DNA of 64,000 nucleotides from Candidatus Neptunichlamydia sp. (lineage in GTDB: Bacteria > Chlamydiota > Chlamydiia > Chlamydiales > Simkaniaceae): contig OZ247587.1 in the NCBI GenBank assembly GCA_965233865.1, positions 672,001 to 736,000 on the forward strand, given 5' to 3'. The notes below the pieces were generated by a model. The model did no database searches. It was not told the origin of the DNA and was given only the letters and a program-made list of their open reading frames with translations. The position numbers and the translations under genes were made by a program. This document shows positions 1 through 11,328 of the stretch, one piece after another. Positions within the stretch are counted from its first letter, which is position 1, and each line of letters begins with the position of its first letter.

Positions 1-446
1 CGGAGGAGTTGCCCTCCATCTAGAGGTATCACGGGAAGAAGATTCACAACACCCCAAAAAAGGTTCACCCAGGTGAAGATGTTTACGGTGTACAAAGCGT
101 AAGGATTCTCAACAATTCCAGTAGATAAGATAAACAGAAAAAGAAGAAAAAGAAGAAATCCAAATAAGGGACCATTGAGGATCATTAAAAATTCACGCCA
201 CCCTTTGAGAGGTTTCCCTTCTGGGATTGTCAACCCTCCAAAAGAAATAAGCTGTATCCGGGGCTGCTGCCCAAAATAGCGGGAGGCGAGGGCATGACCA
301 TATTCATGAATAAGAACCGAAACAAAGATCACCCCAATCCAAATAAGTGTCAGAATAAAAGGGTGTCCGCTTCCAGAACTGTTGATAAAACCGATAATCC
401 CAGCTGTCACCCAGAAAAAGGGAGATATTTTTATTGGTATTTTCAT
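1..446 (-). CDS. Site-2 protease family (M50) membrane metalloprotease, runs off the window's left edge
   Basis: Hand translation from ATG at 446: MKIPIKISPFFWVTAG...LIHEYGHA...NLLPVIPLDGG. Has the HExxH and NLLPxxPLDGG motifs. Not in the ORF track. Confidence 0.9.
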   Translation of the reverse strand, partial: MKIPIKISPFFWVTAGIIGFINSSGSGHPFILTLIWIGVIFVSVLIHEYGHALASRYFGQQPRIQLISFGGLTIPEGKPLKGWREFLMILNGPLFGFLLFLLFLFILSTGIVENPYALYTVNIFTWVNLFWGVVNLLPVIPLDGGQLL

Positions 447-715
447 TTTAAACCCAAATAACCACCTATATTCGATTTAACATCAGATACTGATGATAAT
501 ATTTTTTAGGTTTTAATGCACAAAGAGTTCTTCCCTTTGCAAGAAGAAAAATAAAAAAAATCGCTAAGTATTTGGATGTTAGAGCGAAAAAAAGCTTTAT
601 GTTTGTTTGTTCTAGCATTCAGTTTTTGTGTTCGATTTCAACATTACTCATAAATATTTATGCCACCCAAAGTTAGTCTACTCTGCTGCAAAAACTTGTC
701 AGCAAAGATAGATGA

Positions 716-1594
716 TCACTTGGATTTCATAGCTTTAAGGATTGTATCCCCAATATCTGCAGGAGAATCAGCAACATAAACTCCCGCCTCGCGCAGCGCT
801 TCCATCTTACCTTTAGCAGTCCCTTTTCCGCCAGAAACAATCGCGCCGGCATGCCCCATCCTTCTTCCTGGAGGAGCTGTGACTCCAGCGATAAACCCCC
901 CAACAGGTTTATTGCAATGCGCTTTGATCCAAGAGGCAGCTTCCTCTTCAGCATTCCCTCCGATTTCACCAAGAAGGAGAATGCCGTGTGTGTCGGGGTC
1001 TTTTTCGAACTGCTTCAAAACATCGATAAAGTCTGTTCCATTAAGTGGATCCCCTCCAATCCCGACACAACTCGACTGTCCCAAATCATTTTGGGTTGTT
1101 TGCCATACGGCTTCATAGGTAAGGGTTCCCGAACGGGAAACAATTCCTATTTTTCCTTTTTTATGAATGTAACCTGGCATAATTCCAATTTTACACTCAC
1201 CGGGAGTAATTACCCCGGGGCAGTTCGGACCAATCAGCCGGGACGTTTTTGAATCTCGCATCACGCGAGAAACCTCTAACATATCTCGCACCGGAATCCC
1301 TTCAGTAATACAGATAATGAGGGGGATTCCCGCATCTTCAGCTTCTAGAATCGAATTCGCTGCAAAAGGAGGCGGTACAAAAACCATCGTAGCGTCCGGA
1401 TTCACTTTTTGCTTTGCCTCGTAAACCGTATCAAAAATTGGAATATCGAAAATTGTCTGTCCACCTTTTCCAGGAGTCACCCCTCCAACAAACTTCGATC
1501 CATAAGCAATACACTCCTCAGTGTGGAACTGACCAGACTTTCCTGTGATTCCCTGGGTGATGACCTTTGTGTCCTTATTGACCATAATCGCCAT
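716..1594 (-). CDS. sucD: Succinyl-CoA synthetase alpha subunit
   Basis: [22 protein letters not shown] and RMGHAGA (phospho-His) motifs; adjacent to sucC. Confidence 0.97.
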   Translation of the reverse strand: MAIMVNKDTKVITQGITGKSGQFHTEECIAYGSKFVGGVTPGKGGQTIFDIPIFDTVYEAKQKVNPDATMVFVPPPFAANSILEAEDAGIPLIICITEGIPVRDMLEVSRVMRDSKTSRLIGPNCPGVITPGECKIGIMPGYIHKKGKIGIVSRSGTLTYEAVWQTTQNDLGQSSCVGIGGDPLNGTDFIDVLKQFEKDPDTHGILLLGEIGGNAEEEAASWIKAHCNKPVGGFIAGVTAPPGRRMGHAGAIVSGGKGTAKGKMEALREAGVYVADSPADIGDTILKAMKSK

Positions 1595-1595
1595 C

Positions 1596-2765
1596 TTATT
1601 TCCCTCCTTTAAGAGCTGCCACCGCTTTTTCTGCTGCGTCGGCCATTCCCTTTGCAGAGATAATCTTTAACTCCGACTCTTCAAGAATTCTTCTTCCCTG
1701 CTCAATATTTGTCCCTTCCAAACGAACAATCAGAGGCACCTCAATATCAAGCTCTTTTGAAGCGGCAATGACCCCTTCTGCAATCGTTGCACAGTTCATA
1801 ATTCCCCCGAAAATATTCACTAAAATCGCTTTCACATTGGGGTCTGAGAGGATGATTTTAAATCCGGCAGCCACCTTTTCTTTATTAGCTCCACCACCAA
1901 CATCTAAAAAGTTAGAAGGCTTCCCACCATAATGATGAATGATATCCATCGTCGACATTGCAAGACCAGCCCCGTTGACCATACATCCAATATTCCCCTC
2001 AAGCGAAATATAAGCTAGGTCATGTTCCTTAGCCGCGACCTCATTTTCAGAAACCTGTGAAGGATCATAAAAATTCGAGATTTCCTTTTGCCTAAACAGA
2101 GCACTATCATCAACACTGAGTTTTGCATCGACAGCCCAAATGTCCCCATCTCCCGTTTCCACTAAGGGATTGATTTCAAGGAGCGAAGCATCGGTATCGA
2201 TAAAAGCTTTTGCTAAGGAGGCGGTAGCCCGCATCCCTAGCTTGGCCGTTTTTCCCTTCCAACCCATAAAGTTTGCAAGGCGCAATAGGTGGTAAGGCTT
2301 CACACTTCCATCTAGAGAAATCGGTAATTTTAAGAGTTTTTCTGGCGTCTTCTCTGCCACCTCTTCGATATCCACCCCCCCTTCAGGAGAGGCTATCAAG
2401 ATCGGCATCGCATGATCCCGATCGATAATAGCACCTAAATAATATTCCTTAGAGATATCAACAGGCTTAGTGATCAGGACCTTATGGGCAACGATCCCTT
2501 GAGGTCCTGTTTGATTGTTCACCATCTTCATTCTAATGAGCTTTTTTGCCATTTCGACGATTTCATCTTTGCTTGTGGCGAACTTCACTCCCCCTGCTTT
2601 TCCCCGACCGCCGGCATGTACCTGGATTTTCACCACTGCCTCTTGGAGTCCTAAATACTGAACGACTTGCTCCGCCTCATCAAGCGTCGATGCCACCCCA
2701 AAACCTGGGATGGGCATATCGTACTGCTTTAAAATTTTTTTTGCTTGGTATTCGTGGGTGTCCAT
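1596..2765 (-). CDS. sucC: Succinyl-CoA synthetase beta subunit
   Basis: [35 protein letters not shown] and NIFGGI motifs. Confidence 0.97.
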   Translation of the reverse strand: MDTHEYQAKKILKQYDMPIPGFGVASTLDEAEQVVQYLGLQEAVVKIQVHAGGRGKAGGVKFATSKDEIVEMAKKLIRMKMVNNQTGPQGIVAHKVLITKPVDISKEYYLGAIIDRDHAMPILIASPEGGVDIEEVAEKTPEKLLKLPISLDGSVKPYHLLRLANFMGWKGKTAKLGMRATASLAKAFIDTDASLLEINPLVETGDGDIWAVDAKLSVDDSALFRQKEISNFYDPSQVSENEVAAKEHDLAYISLEGNIGCMVNGAGLAMSTMDIIHHYGGKPSNFLDVGGGANKEKVAAGFKIILSDPNVKAILVNIFGGIMNCATIAEGVIAASKELDIEVPLIVRLEGTNIEQGRRILEESELKIISAKGMADAAEKAVAALKGGK

Positions 2766-2767
2766 CT

Positions 2768-2797
2768 TTGCTACCTTTATACCGATATCAGTATAAT
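2768..2797 (+). promoter_or_regulatory. Candidate sigma66/sigma70 promoter for ftsY
   Basis: TTGCTA-N18-TATAAT about 50 nt upstream of the ftsY ATG. Confidence 0.4.
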
Positions 2798-2848
2798 TCC
2801 TATATGTGATACCCTCGACTTTCGATCAATGAAAAACCTTGAGGCAAC

Positions 2849-3745
2849 ATGTTTGGTCTTTTAAAGTCAGGGCTTAATAAAATTCGAAAGGCTTTTTTTC
2901 GTACTAGATCGGTGCTCGGGGATCGCATCCGCGACCTTTTCCGCTCTCCTCTTGATGAAGAAACCCTCGAAAAGCTTGAGCAGATCCTTTATGAAGCTGA
3001 CCTGGGCAGCACACTCGCCCTTGAATTCGTTGAACATGTGAGAAAAAGTGACAATCCGATCCTGGCCATGAAAAACCATGCCGAGGGAATTCTCCATAAC
3101 CCCCCACAAGTCCAAGGGGAAAACCCCGAAGGCCCTCTCAAAGTTATTCTTGTCGTTGGTGTAAACGGCTCCGGAAAAACAACCTCCTGCGCAAAACTCG
3201 CAAAGCTCTATAAACAGGAAGGAAAAAAAGTGATGCTTGCCGCTGGAGATACCTTCCGCGCCGCTGCCATCGAGCAGCTCAGCACCTGGGCCGACCGCCT
3301 AAAAATCGATTGTATTAAAGGTTCTCAAGGAGGAGACCCCTCTGCTATTATTTTTGATGCCCTCACCGCTGCCAAAGCGCGCGGCCACGACGTTGTGATT
3401 GCTGATACCGCTGGCCGCCTCCAGTCAAAAACCGATCTCATGAATGAACTCGCTAAAATCAAACGGGTGATTGAGAAAGTTGTCCCCGACGCTCCGCATG
3501 AAATTTATCTCGTTCTCGATGCTTCCACCGGACAAAACGCCCTTGACCAAGCCAAAATCTTCAACAAGTTCACTCCCCTTACAGGACTCGTCCTCACTAA
3601 ACTCGATGGCTCTGCCAAAGGGGGGATCATCCTCTCCATCTACCACCAAATGGGAATCCCCATCCGCTACATCGGGATCGGCGAAGGTGCCGAAGATTTC
3701 CTCCCTTTCGTTCCCAAACCCTATGTTGATGCCCTCTTTACTTAA
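2849..3745 (+). CDS. ftsY: SRP receptor GTPase FtsY (short NG-only form)
   Basis: [21 protein letters not shown] and [10 protein letters not shown] motifs. Confidence 0.97.
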   Translation: MFGLLKSGLNKIRKAFFRTRSVLGDRIRDLFRSPLDEETLEKLEQILYEADLGSTLALEFVEHVRKSDNPILAMKNHAEGILHNPPQVQGENPEGPLKVILVVGVNGSGKTTSCAKLAKLYKQEGKKVMLAAGDTFRAAAIEQLSTWADRLKIDCIKGSQGGDPSAIIFDALTAAKARGHDVVIADTAGRLQSKTDLMNELAKIKRVIEKVVPDAPHEIYLVLDASTGQNALDQAKIFNKFTPLTGLVLTKLDGSAKGGIILSIYHQMGIPIRYIGIGEGAEDFLPFVPKPYVDALFT

Positions 3746-3871
3746 GACTATTCGAATTTCCCTATCATAGTCATAAGAGCTTATGGAATGTTGCTCATCA
3801 TTTGTGTCTTTATTCATGAGCTTACTTTATGCCCCTTTTCTCATAAGGGGCTTTGTGTTTTAATGGTTGCT

Positions 3872-4585
3872 ATGAGCCAAAAAGAATACCTAGCATTAAT
3901 TGAGGATACCCTATCATACGTCCGACAACTGCAGCCAAAGATTGAAAAAAGGGAAACAGAAATAGAGCTTCCACCACTTCCGACACTCACAAAACCTCCT
4001 CCTAGACCGAAAGCTAACCCTATCTCCTATGTAACCCACCCACCTCAGCCACTTAAAAAGAAAGAACAGAAGAACCTGTTTTTTGAATTGGAACCCGCTC
4101 CCGTTCCTCGGACAGAAGCAAGCCTGACCATTCAGAAGATCTTAAAAGAGATTGATCCTGAACTCTACCTGCATGAAAGCGTTCCTAACGACCATAAAGC
4201 AAAAAGAATCAAAGAAGCCTGGAAAGAAAAACGAGATACCCCGGCAATCCCCATCCTTTTTCAGGGACAAAAGCATCGCTCTTTTGTGACCAGAATTGCC
4301 AAGGCTATCGACATTCTTTATGACTCATGCCGCATTGTTGAAATCGATCCCACAAAGAAGTGGGACCTCTTTTTAGAATCCGAGAATCTCAAATTGATCA
4401 TTACTCCAGATGCCACGCTTTTTGGAACAAAAGAGCTTCTTCCTTTCTATCAAGAAAACCCTCAACAAAAGTCACGAAAGCTTGGGAAAATTCCTCTTCT
4501 CCTCCTTCCAGACCTTTCTCTCTACTTCAAGGACCCTTATCTTAAGAGAGCTCTTTGGAATGTGATTAAGTCCGCACTTAGTTAA
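3872..4585 (+). CDS. Conserved chlamydial hypothetical protein (CT779-like by synteny)
   Basis: Long ORF with Pro-rich linker, ending KRALW, directly upstream of priA as in chlamydial gene order. Start moved from 3788 to ATG 3872. Confidence 0.65.
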   Translation: MSQKEYLALIEDTLSYVRQLQPKIEKRETEIELPPLPTLTKPPPRPKANPISYVTHPPQPLKKKEQKNLFFELEPAPVPRTEASLTIQKILKEIDPELYLHESVPNDHKAKRIKEAWKEKRDTPAIPILFQGQKHRSFVTRIAKAIDILYDSCRIVEIDPTKKWDLFLESENLKLIITPDATLFGTKELLPFYQENPQQKSRKLGKIPLLLLPDLSLYFKDPYLKRALWNVIKSALS

Positions 4586-4836
4586 TCAACTAATTGATAT
4601 GTAATTAGTTAAACATAATTATCTAGTACTTAGTAAAATTCTCGATAAGGAACTGGGGGAATTCCGAAATCGTCCCCTTGGGAGTATGCGTTATGGTTGC
4701 CTTATGAAAGTAAGAGAGGGAAGATCCGTTAGAGATCTTGAGGTCTTAACTGCAGCCTATCCGAAGCAAAGGTTCATTCAATAAAGCACGTATAAACTCT
4801 AGGAAGAAAATCCAGCGTAGGATTTAATAGGGGGAT

Positions 4837-7041
4837 ATGTATGCAACTATCATTTTAGATAAAGGGTTAGACCTTCCTCTTGACTATGCCGTTATTGAAA
4901 AGGTTTCGGTAGGAACACGAGTTCTTGTTCCTGTACAAAACTCTCTTAGAAAGGGAACAGTTGTCGCGCTGAAAGATACTCCCTCTGTCGTCAAAGTGCA
5001 GCCCATCAAAGAAGTTCTATCTGAAGAATCCCTAATCGGACCTGATCTCTTTCGTCTAGCTAATTGGATGAGCAAATATTATTGCACCTCATTCCGAAAA
5101 ATTCTGAAAGTTTTTCTTCCTGCAACCATTCGAAAAGAAACGCAGGAGAAAGAGCAGCTTTTTGTCCGTCGACTTCTCTCTCCCAAAAAACTTGTAACAT
5201 TGACTATTTCACTCAGAGAAAATCATCCCTCTCAAGCAAAAGTATTAGATGCTCTTATAAAAAGACCTAAGGGAATTCTTTTAACAGAACTATTAGAAGA
5301 ATCTGGAACTTCTCGGAGTCCAGTGGCAACTCTCGAAAAAGACGGGATCCTAAAGATCGATAAGTTGCAGATTGACCGCTCTCCATTGGAAGACATGGAG
5401 TTTTTCCCTACAAAGCCAAAACTGCTTAGTGATGAACAACAAATCGCCCTCGACAGAATCATCAAAAACTTAAAAAGCTTTCAAACCCATCTGATTCATG
5501 GTGTAACGGGGAGTGGCAAAACCGAAGTCTATCTGCAAGCAATTGCAAAGGCGCGCAAACAAGAGCTGGGGGTTATTCTTCTCGTCCCTGAAATAGCCCT
5601 CACTTCTCAAACAATCGAAAGATTAAAGTCTCGGTTTACCGAAAAAATAGGAATACTCCATCACCGCTTAAGCGACGGGGAGCGATTTGACATTTGGCAT
5701 GGAATCCACAAAGGAGATACCCAAATCGTCGTAGGAGCCCGTTCTGCAATCTTTAGCCCCGTGAAAAATCTGGGATTGATCATCGTTGATGAGGAGCATG
5801 AATCCTCTTATAAGCAGACAGATGAAGAGCCTTGTTACCATGCTCGCGATGTGGCAATTATGCGAGGGAAATTCTCGAACGCAACGGTGGTTCTAGGAAG
5901 CGCTACACCCTCTCTTGAAAGTTATGCAAATGCAAATGCAAAAAAATACACTCTATCTACGCTCATGAAGCGGGCAAAAAACGCTTCCCTCCCTGAAGTC
6001 AAAATTGTTGACATGAAGACAGAGTATGAAAAATCAGAGGGATTCATTCTCTTTTGCTCCCAGCTCATTGATGCAATTAAACTTCGCTTACAAAAAGGGG
6101 AACAAACCCTCCTCTTTTTAAACAGGAGAGGCTACCATACCTTTCAGATGTGCGCAGGATGCGGGGAAACAGTGAAATGCCCTCATTGCTCGGTCAGCCT
6201 CACGTTTCACAAAAAAACAAACCATCTAGCGTGCCATTTATGCTCCTATGTAGTTGCGCCTCCTCCTACAGAATGCCCCCTTTGCAAAGAAGCCGCAACA
6301 TTGCAATTTAAGGGAGTTGGAACTGAGCAAGTAGAGAGAATGCTTCACGCCCTTTTTCCCGACATCCGAACCCTTAGGATGGATGCTGATACCACTCGCC
6401 ACAAAGGAAGCCACGACCTCCTCTTGAAACAGTTCCGCTCTGGAAAAGCCGATGTCCTGATTGGAACACAAATGATTGCTAAAGGACTCCATTTTCCCGC
6501 AGTCACCCTTGTCGGTGTGCTCAACTCAGATGGAGCTCTGAATCTTCCTGATTTTCGCTCTGGTGAAAATGTCTTTCAACTCCTGACACAAGTCTCTGGA
6601 AGGTCAGGACGAGGCGACCTAAAAGGAGAAGTGATCGTTCAATCCTCCCTGAAAGGGCACCCCATTTTCCAGCATGCCTCAAAAGAGGACTACAAAACAT
6701 TCTTCAAGGAAGAAATGGAAACCCGTGAGCTTTTTGCTTTTCCTCCTTTTGCCCGCCTTACCAAACTGGTTTTTTCAGGAAAAAATGAGGGACATGTGAA
6801 ACAGGTTGCCGATACCTTTCATAAAACCCTTCTGAAGAAACTCCCCTCAGACTTTACCCTCTATCCCGTTATCCCCTGCGGCTATGCTAAAATCAAAGAC
6901 AATTTCCGCTTTAAGCTTCTCATCAAAGGAACCAAGCCCCTTCTCCTTTCTTCCATCTTGATGCAATTGCGCCTTGAAATGCACCTACCCCACTCGATCC
7001 GTCTTCTTGTCGACGTCGACCCCACATCAATCTTTTCTTAA
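4837..7041 (+). CDS. priA: Primosomal protein N' (replication restart helicase)
   Basis: GVTGSGKTEVY, DEEH, two CxxC zinc pairs, GTQMIAKG, QVSGRSGR, C-terminal DVDP. Confidence 0.97.
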   Translation: MYATIILDKGLDLPLDYAVIEKVSVGTRVLVPVQNSLRKGTVVALKDTPSVVKVQPIKEVLSEESLIGPDLFRLANWMSKYYCTSFRKILKVFLPATIRKETQEKEQLFVRRLLSPKKLVTLTISLRENHPSQAKVLDALIKRPKGILLTELLEESGTSRSPVATLEKDGILKIDKLQIDRSPLEDMEFFPTKPKLLSDEQQIALDRIIKNLKSFQTHLIHGVTGSGKTEVYLQAIAKARKQELGVILLVPEIALTSQTIERLKSRFTEKIGILHHRLSDGERFDIWHGIHKGDTQIVVGARSAIFSPVKNLGLIIVDEEHESSYKQTDEEPCYHARDVAIMRGKFSNATVVLGSATPSLESYANANAKKYTLSTLMKRAKNASLPEVKIVDMKTEYEKSEGFILFCSQLIDAIKLRLQKGEQTLLFLNRRGYHTFQMCAGCGETVKCPHCSVSLTFHKKTNHLACHLCSYVVAPPPTECPLCKEAATLQFKGVGTEQVERMLHALFPDIRTLRMDADTTRHKGSHDLLLKQFRSGKADVLIGTQMIAKGLHFPAVTLVGVLNSDGALNLPDFRSGENVFQLLTQVSGRSGRGDLKGEVIVQSSLKGHPIFQHASKEDYKTFFKEEMETRELFAFPPFARLTKLVFSGKNEGHVKQVADTFHKTLLKKLPSDFTLYPVIPCGYAKIKDNFRFKLLIKGTKPLLLSSILMQLRLEMHLPHSIRLLVDVDPTSIFS

Positions 7042-7144
7042 GACCAGGTTGCGGTAGCAATCCAGGCTATAAACAAAAGGTTTTTTTCTCTAGATATTAG
7101 TGAAAGCTTCCGTTATTATGGGCTCAAAAACATCCATGGGCCTT

Positions 7145-9439
7145 ATGAACTTTTACATCGAACCTTCAGTTATTGAAAAATATCCAGAATTGAAAGTGGG
7201 AATCCTTATTTTAAAGGGGATTGAAAACAAAGGGAATGCTGAAGAAATCTCAGAGCTTATGGATGCCACCTTTGGGAAAGTAAAGGCTCACTTTGAAGGA
7301 AAAGAACTCACGAAAGAGCCAAAAATTGCTGACTGGCGAGAAGCTTATAAAGCATTCGGATACAAACCCTCCTCTTACCGATGTTCCGCTGAAGCTCTAC
7401 TGCGACGGGTTATTGGAGGTAAAGAACTCCCGAGCATCAATCCTGTTGTCAACTTATATAACCTTATTTCTGTAAAGTATAGCCTCCCTGCAGGAGCGGA
7501 TGATCTGGACCATATCGATGGCGATATTCGACTTGCTATAGCAAAAGGAGGAGAACCTTTCACAACCCTAGGATCCCGCGAAGAAGCAAAAGCTCAAGAG
7601 GGCGAAATCATTTACCGCGATGATGCCGAAATCTTGTGTAAAGCGTGGAACTGGAGAGAGTGTGATAAGTCTAAAATCACCGAAGAGAGCAATAATATCT
7701 CTCTTGTTATCGAAGGGCTCGAGCATACGCGCCCAGGTGAAGTTGTAAAGGCGTTAAAAGAGCTCAGCACACTCATTCAAAAATATTGTAGCGGAAAAGC
7801 AGAGCTTTATTATCTAGATAAAGAGATTTCTAAAATGTGCGACGCTTCAAATCTTGAGAATCGCATGGTCGCTGTTGATATTCCTGAACCTGCCTACCAC
7901 TCCCACGAGTCATTCAAAACGCGTAAACAAAAGCTTAAAGAAATTCGCAATATGGGAGTGAATCCTTACCCCCATAAGTACGAGCCGACCCATCAAATGC
8001 ACGCCCTGCAAGACAAATACGAAGCCTCGGCCGTTGGAGATAGTGAAACAGCGAGCGCTGGAACAACCGACCTTGTTCGGGTTGCAGGCCGTCTTGTTCT
8101 CTTCCGCGCCATGGGGAAAAATGCATTCAGCCAAGTCCAAGATGAAACCGGGCGAATCCAAGTCATGTTTAACAAAGATCAGACCGAAGTCATCGGTCTT
8201 CCATCTGGAGAATCCCCACTTAAGTTCATTGAAAAAAAGCTTGATCTTGGAGATATTATCGGCATCGAAGGACACTCCTTCCGTACCCAGAAAGGAGAAT
8301 TGACCATCTTTGCAAAAAAAGTCATTCTCCTGTGTAAAACCCTTCTCCCTTTACCTGACAAACATGCCGGACTCGCCGACAAAGGGACTCGCTACCGAAA
8401 AAGATGGCTCGATTTAATTACAAACCCCGAAGCCGTTAAGAGGCTAAAAACACGAAGCTTTCTTGTGTCAAAAATCCGCCGCTATATGGAAGATCTTGAC
8501 TTCATAGAAGTCGAGACCCCAGTCCTTCAAAACATTTATGGCGGTGCAGAAGCACGTCCCTTTGTTTCAGAGCTCAACGCTCTCCACCAGACGATGTATT
8601 TGCGTATTGCCATTGAAATTTCACTAAAAAAGCTCATCGTTGGAGGACTCTCTCGCGTTTTTGAAATTGGAAAAGTCTATCGGAATGAAGGCATCGACCG
8701 GACGCATAACCCTGAGTTCACCATGCTCGAGTCCTATGCAGCTTATTGGGATTATAATGACGTGATGACCATGACTGAAAATCTATTTGCCTACCTCGCT
8801 AAAGAGCTATACGGAACAACTGAAATTGGAATGCGTAAGGATAAACAAGGAAATGAACATCCTATCGATCTGAAAACTCCTTGGAATCGACTCTCGATGA
8901 AAGATGCCATTAAGAAATATGGAAAAGTTGACCCTGATAAACTTTCAGATAGCGACATGAGAGCAAAACTCAAAGGAAAGATTGAAGATGCAAAACTTAA
9001 AAATGCTCCTCGTGGAAAACTCATTGCATTTCTCTTTGAAGAATTTGCAGAACATCATCTAATTCAGCCCCATCATATCATCGACCATCCCATCGAAACC
9101 ACTCCCCTCTGTAAACTCCATCGCGACCCTAAGCTCCGCGAAGAAAAATTTGTCGAACGCTTTGAATCCTTCATCCTCGGTTATGAGTTTTGCAATGCTT
9201 ACTCAGAGCTCAATGACCCTGAGCTTCAGCGACAGCTCTTAGAAGATCAAAACAATCTCCGAGAAGGAGGCGATGACGAGGCAAATCCCATGGATGAAGA
9301 GTTTATTGAAGCAATCTGTCAAGGGATGCCTCCAACTGGGGGGCTTGGGATTGGAATCGACCGCCTTGCTATGCTCTTTACTGACGCTTTTTCTATCCGC
9401 GATGTCGTCTATTTCCCTATGATGCGCCCCGAAGAATAG
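7145..9439 (+). CDS. lysS: Class II lysyl-tRNA synthetase with N-terminal B3/4 domain fusion
   Basis: C-terminal ~510 aa has the OB-fold (RVAGR..MGK), YRKRWLDL, YRNEGIDRTHNPEFT and GMPPTGGLGIGIDRL. The first ~230 aa resemble a stand-alone B3/4 protein. Likely start is ATG 7145 (track start 7100). Confidence 0.95.
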   Translation: MNFYIEPSVIEKYPELKVGILILKGIENKGNAEEISELMDATFGKVKAHFEGKELTKEPKIADWREAYKAFGYKPSSYRCSAEALLRRVIGGKELPSINPVVNLYNLISVKYSLPAGADDLDHIDGDIRLAIAKGGEPFTTLGSREEAKAQEGEIIYRDDAEILCKAWNWRECDKSKITEESNNISLVIEGLEHTRPGEVVKALKELSTLIQKYCSGKAELYYLDKEISKMCDASNLENRMVAVDIPEPAYHSHESFKTRKQKLKEIRNMGVNPYPHKYEPTHQMHALQDKYEASAVGDSETASAGTTDLVRVAGRLVLFRAMGKNAFSQVQDETGRIQVMFNKDQTEVIGLPSGESPLKFIEKKLDLGDIIGIEGHSFRTQKGELTIFAKKVILLCKTLLPLPDKHAGLADKGTRYRKRWLDLITNPEAVKRLKTRSFLVSKIRRYMEDLDFIEVETPVLQNIYGGAEARPFVSELNALHQTMYLRIAIEISLKKLIVGGLSRVFEIGKVYRNEGIDRTHNPEFTMLESYAAYWDYNDVMTMTENLFAYLAKELYGTTEIGMRKDKQGNEHPIDLKTPWNRLSMKDAIKKYGKVDPDKLSDSDMRAKLKGKIEDAKLKNAPRGKLIAFLFEEFAEHHLIQPHHIIDHPIETTPLCKLHRDPKLREEKFVERFESFILGYEFCNAYSELNDPELQRQLLEDQNNLREGGDDEANPMDEEFIEAICQGMPPTGGLGIGIDRLAMLFTDAFSIRDVVYFPMMRPEE

Positions 9440-9679
9440 CCTGAGAAAAAGCGATAACGGACAGTTTTTGTTATTTTCGATTTAGGATTCTTGAGAGTGT
9501 TTACTCAAAGAGCATTATAATTTAAGTTGTTTATTATTTATGAGTTAAGTCAAAACTTTCACATCCTGTCATATATGGATATTTTTTATCCTAGAATTTC
9601 TGAAAATTCCTCTATGCAAATTGCTCCTACTTTTCTTTTAAAATTTTTTGCCCATTCATTCTTTTGGTTAACACTCTCC

Positions 9680-9812
9680 CTTCTTTATACGTATGCTCAT
9701 CATACCGAATGGCTGCTTTCTTACTTTTTCTCCCAGGAATTACTAGAGTAATCCTTTTCTCTACTAAGATTTTTCTAAATGGATCACTATCATATCCTCT
9801 GTTAGCAAGCAA
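9680..9812 (-). mobile_element. IS5-family transposase fragment
   Basis: Translates LANRGYDSDPFRKILVEKRITLVIPGRKSKKAAIRYDEHTYKE, the typical ADxGYD...IP....R...YD...YK segment. No ends visible. Confidence 0.75.
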
Positions 9813-10008
9813 AAAACTACAACAGAAACTAACTATAGCTAAAATATTTCTTTCTAGTTATACTTTTTTGAATGATATATTCGCTAGATTTTAAAAAACT
9901 TAGCGATCCAAAATAAAACGCTTCAGACATTCTTAGTGCCATGAAGATGACTAGATACTTAAAATCACATGGTTTTTCCTATTTATAACTATATCTAGCC
10001 TGCACGCT

Positions 10009-10359
10009 GCTAACTTTCTTCTTGATTCAAGGATACGATATTCTACGTTGGAAGGAGCAAATTTTGCAGAAATCATTAAGTGGATTAAAGAATTTGATGA
10101 TAAGGACCCCCTTCTAAAAGAAATCCAAAATATATGGCAGGAGAGTCAGGATGATCTGAACAAGGCAGTAGAAACTGTATCCGAAGCTGTTAAGAATCTT
10201 AAAGAAAAGGGTTTTATCGTTATTCCAGGAGGATGGAAATCAGATCCATTTGGTCATGCAATGCTTTATATGTTTCAAAAAGCAGAAATCGACGCTTTGC
10301 GGGAGCCTTATTTAATCAGGAAACAAAAGAAGACTACAAGAAGTTTAGTAGAAACCTAA
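10009..10359 (+). pseudogene. Fragment of a larger putative effector gene (PGGW...GHAM motif)
   Basis: LEGANFAEII...GFIVIPGGWKSDPFGHAMLYMFQK, flanked by IS remnants and broken frames. 11048-11296 may be a further fragment. Confidence 0.45.
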
Positions 10360-10391
10360 AAAAAGAGGTCACTTGTGCTTTTTTCAAAGAG

Positions 10392-11036
10392 TGATCTTCC
10401 CCCGAAAAATAGGACAATTATGATATAGACTTCTCGAACTTAAAGAGGAGTAAAAGCAAATGAAAAAATTCAATGATGAATTTAAAGGGAATGCGGTCAA
10501 GTTAGTGAGAGAGGAGGGACTGAAGATAGAAGAGGTAGCAAGTGATCTGGGTATAGGTGTTTCTACGCTAAAAGTATGGCTCAGTAAGCATGACCATGGT
10601 CGATTGATTAAGACTGAGAAGCAGGCAAGGGAAATCTTAAAAAAGGCCATGGGCATTTTCTCCTCGATGTCAAAAGCAAATACAGAGCTATGAAGAAATT
10701 GAGAAAGGAATTTCCCATAGAGAAAATGTCGCAAGTCTTTGGAGTGACAAGAAGCGGGTACTACCGCTTCGTGTCATCTCCAAAAGGGAAAAGAGTTCAA
10801 GAAAAAGAGAAGCTTACCGAGGAAGTAGAACAGATTTTTTATGAGCACAAAAAACGATATGGAAGCCCAATAATTTTTATGGAACTGAAGGAAAAAGGGG
10901 TGCACTGTAGTGAAAAGAGAGTTACTAACTCTCTGAAGAAGAACAATTTAGTTGCAAAACAAAGAAAGAAAAGGAAAGAAGTTAGTAGTAAAAGAGAAGA
11001 AGCCGAACTTGCTTAACTAGAATTTTACGGCAGATT
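10392..11036 (+). mobile_element. Truncated IS3-family element (IRL, orfA, 5' part of orfB)
   Basis: Left end TGATCTTCCCCCGAAAAATAGGACA at 10392-10416. OrfA HTH 10460-10693 (FNDEFKGNAV...VASDLGIGVSTLKVW...EILKKA). OrfB 10690-11016 (VTRSGYY...RYGSP). No DDE core or IRR. Confidence 0.9.
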
Positions 11037-11328
11037 TTACAAATGCTTTGATCCCGAAGCAAATCTCCTTCTTGCCATTTTCCATAACATATGAGGAGTG
11101 GAAAACATCAACAGAAGAAATTAAACACCAGCTTACCCGTCTTTTAAACAAACAAAATGTTCAGAAGCTTGAAAAAAATGAGTTACCTTTTATTTGCAAA
11201 GAAAAGTGTCACCATCTTTCAAAAGACCAAGCACAGTATATTATGGAAAAATTTATACCAATCATAACAGCTGCAAAAAAGGTGTTGAAGATGTGATCTA
11301 ACAAGGAAGTGTTTATAGTGCTTTAAAT

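Noticed and set aside
4586..4836. Possible ncRNA or 32-aa ORF (4686-4784) upstream of priA, plus AACTAATT-N7-AATTAGTT repeat
   Set aside because: No recognisable RNA family or protein motif; the hairpins are weak or AT-only.
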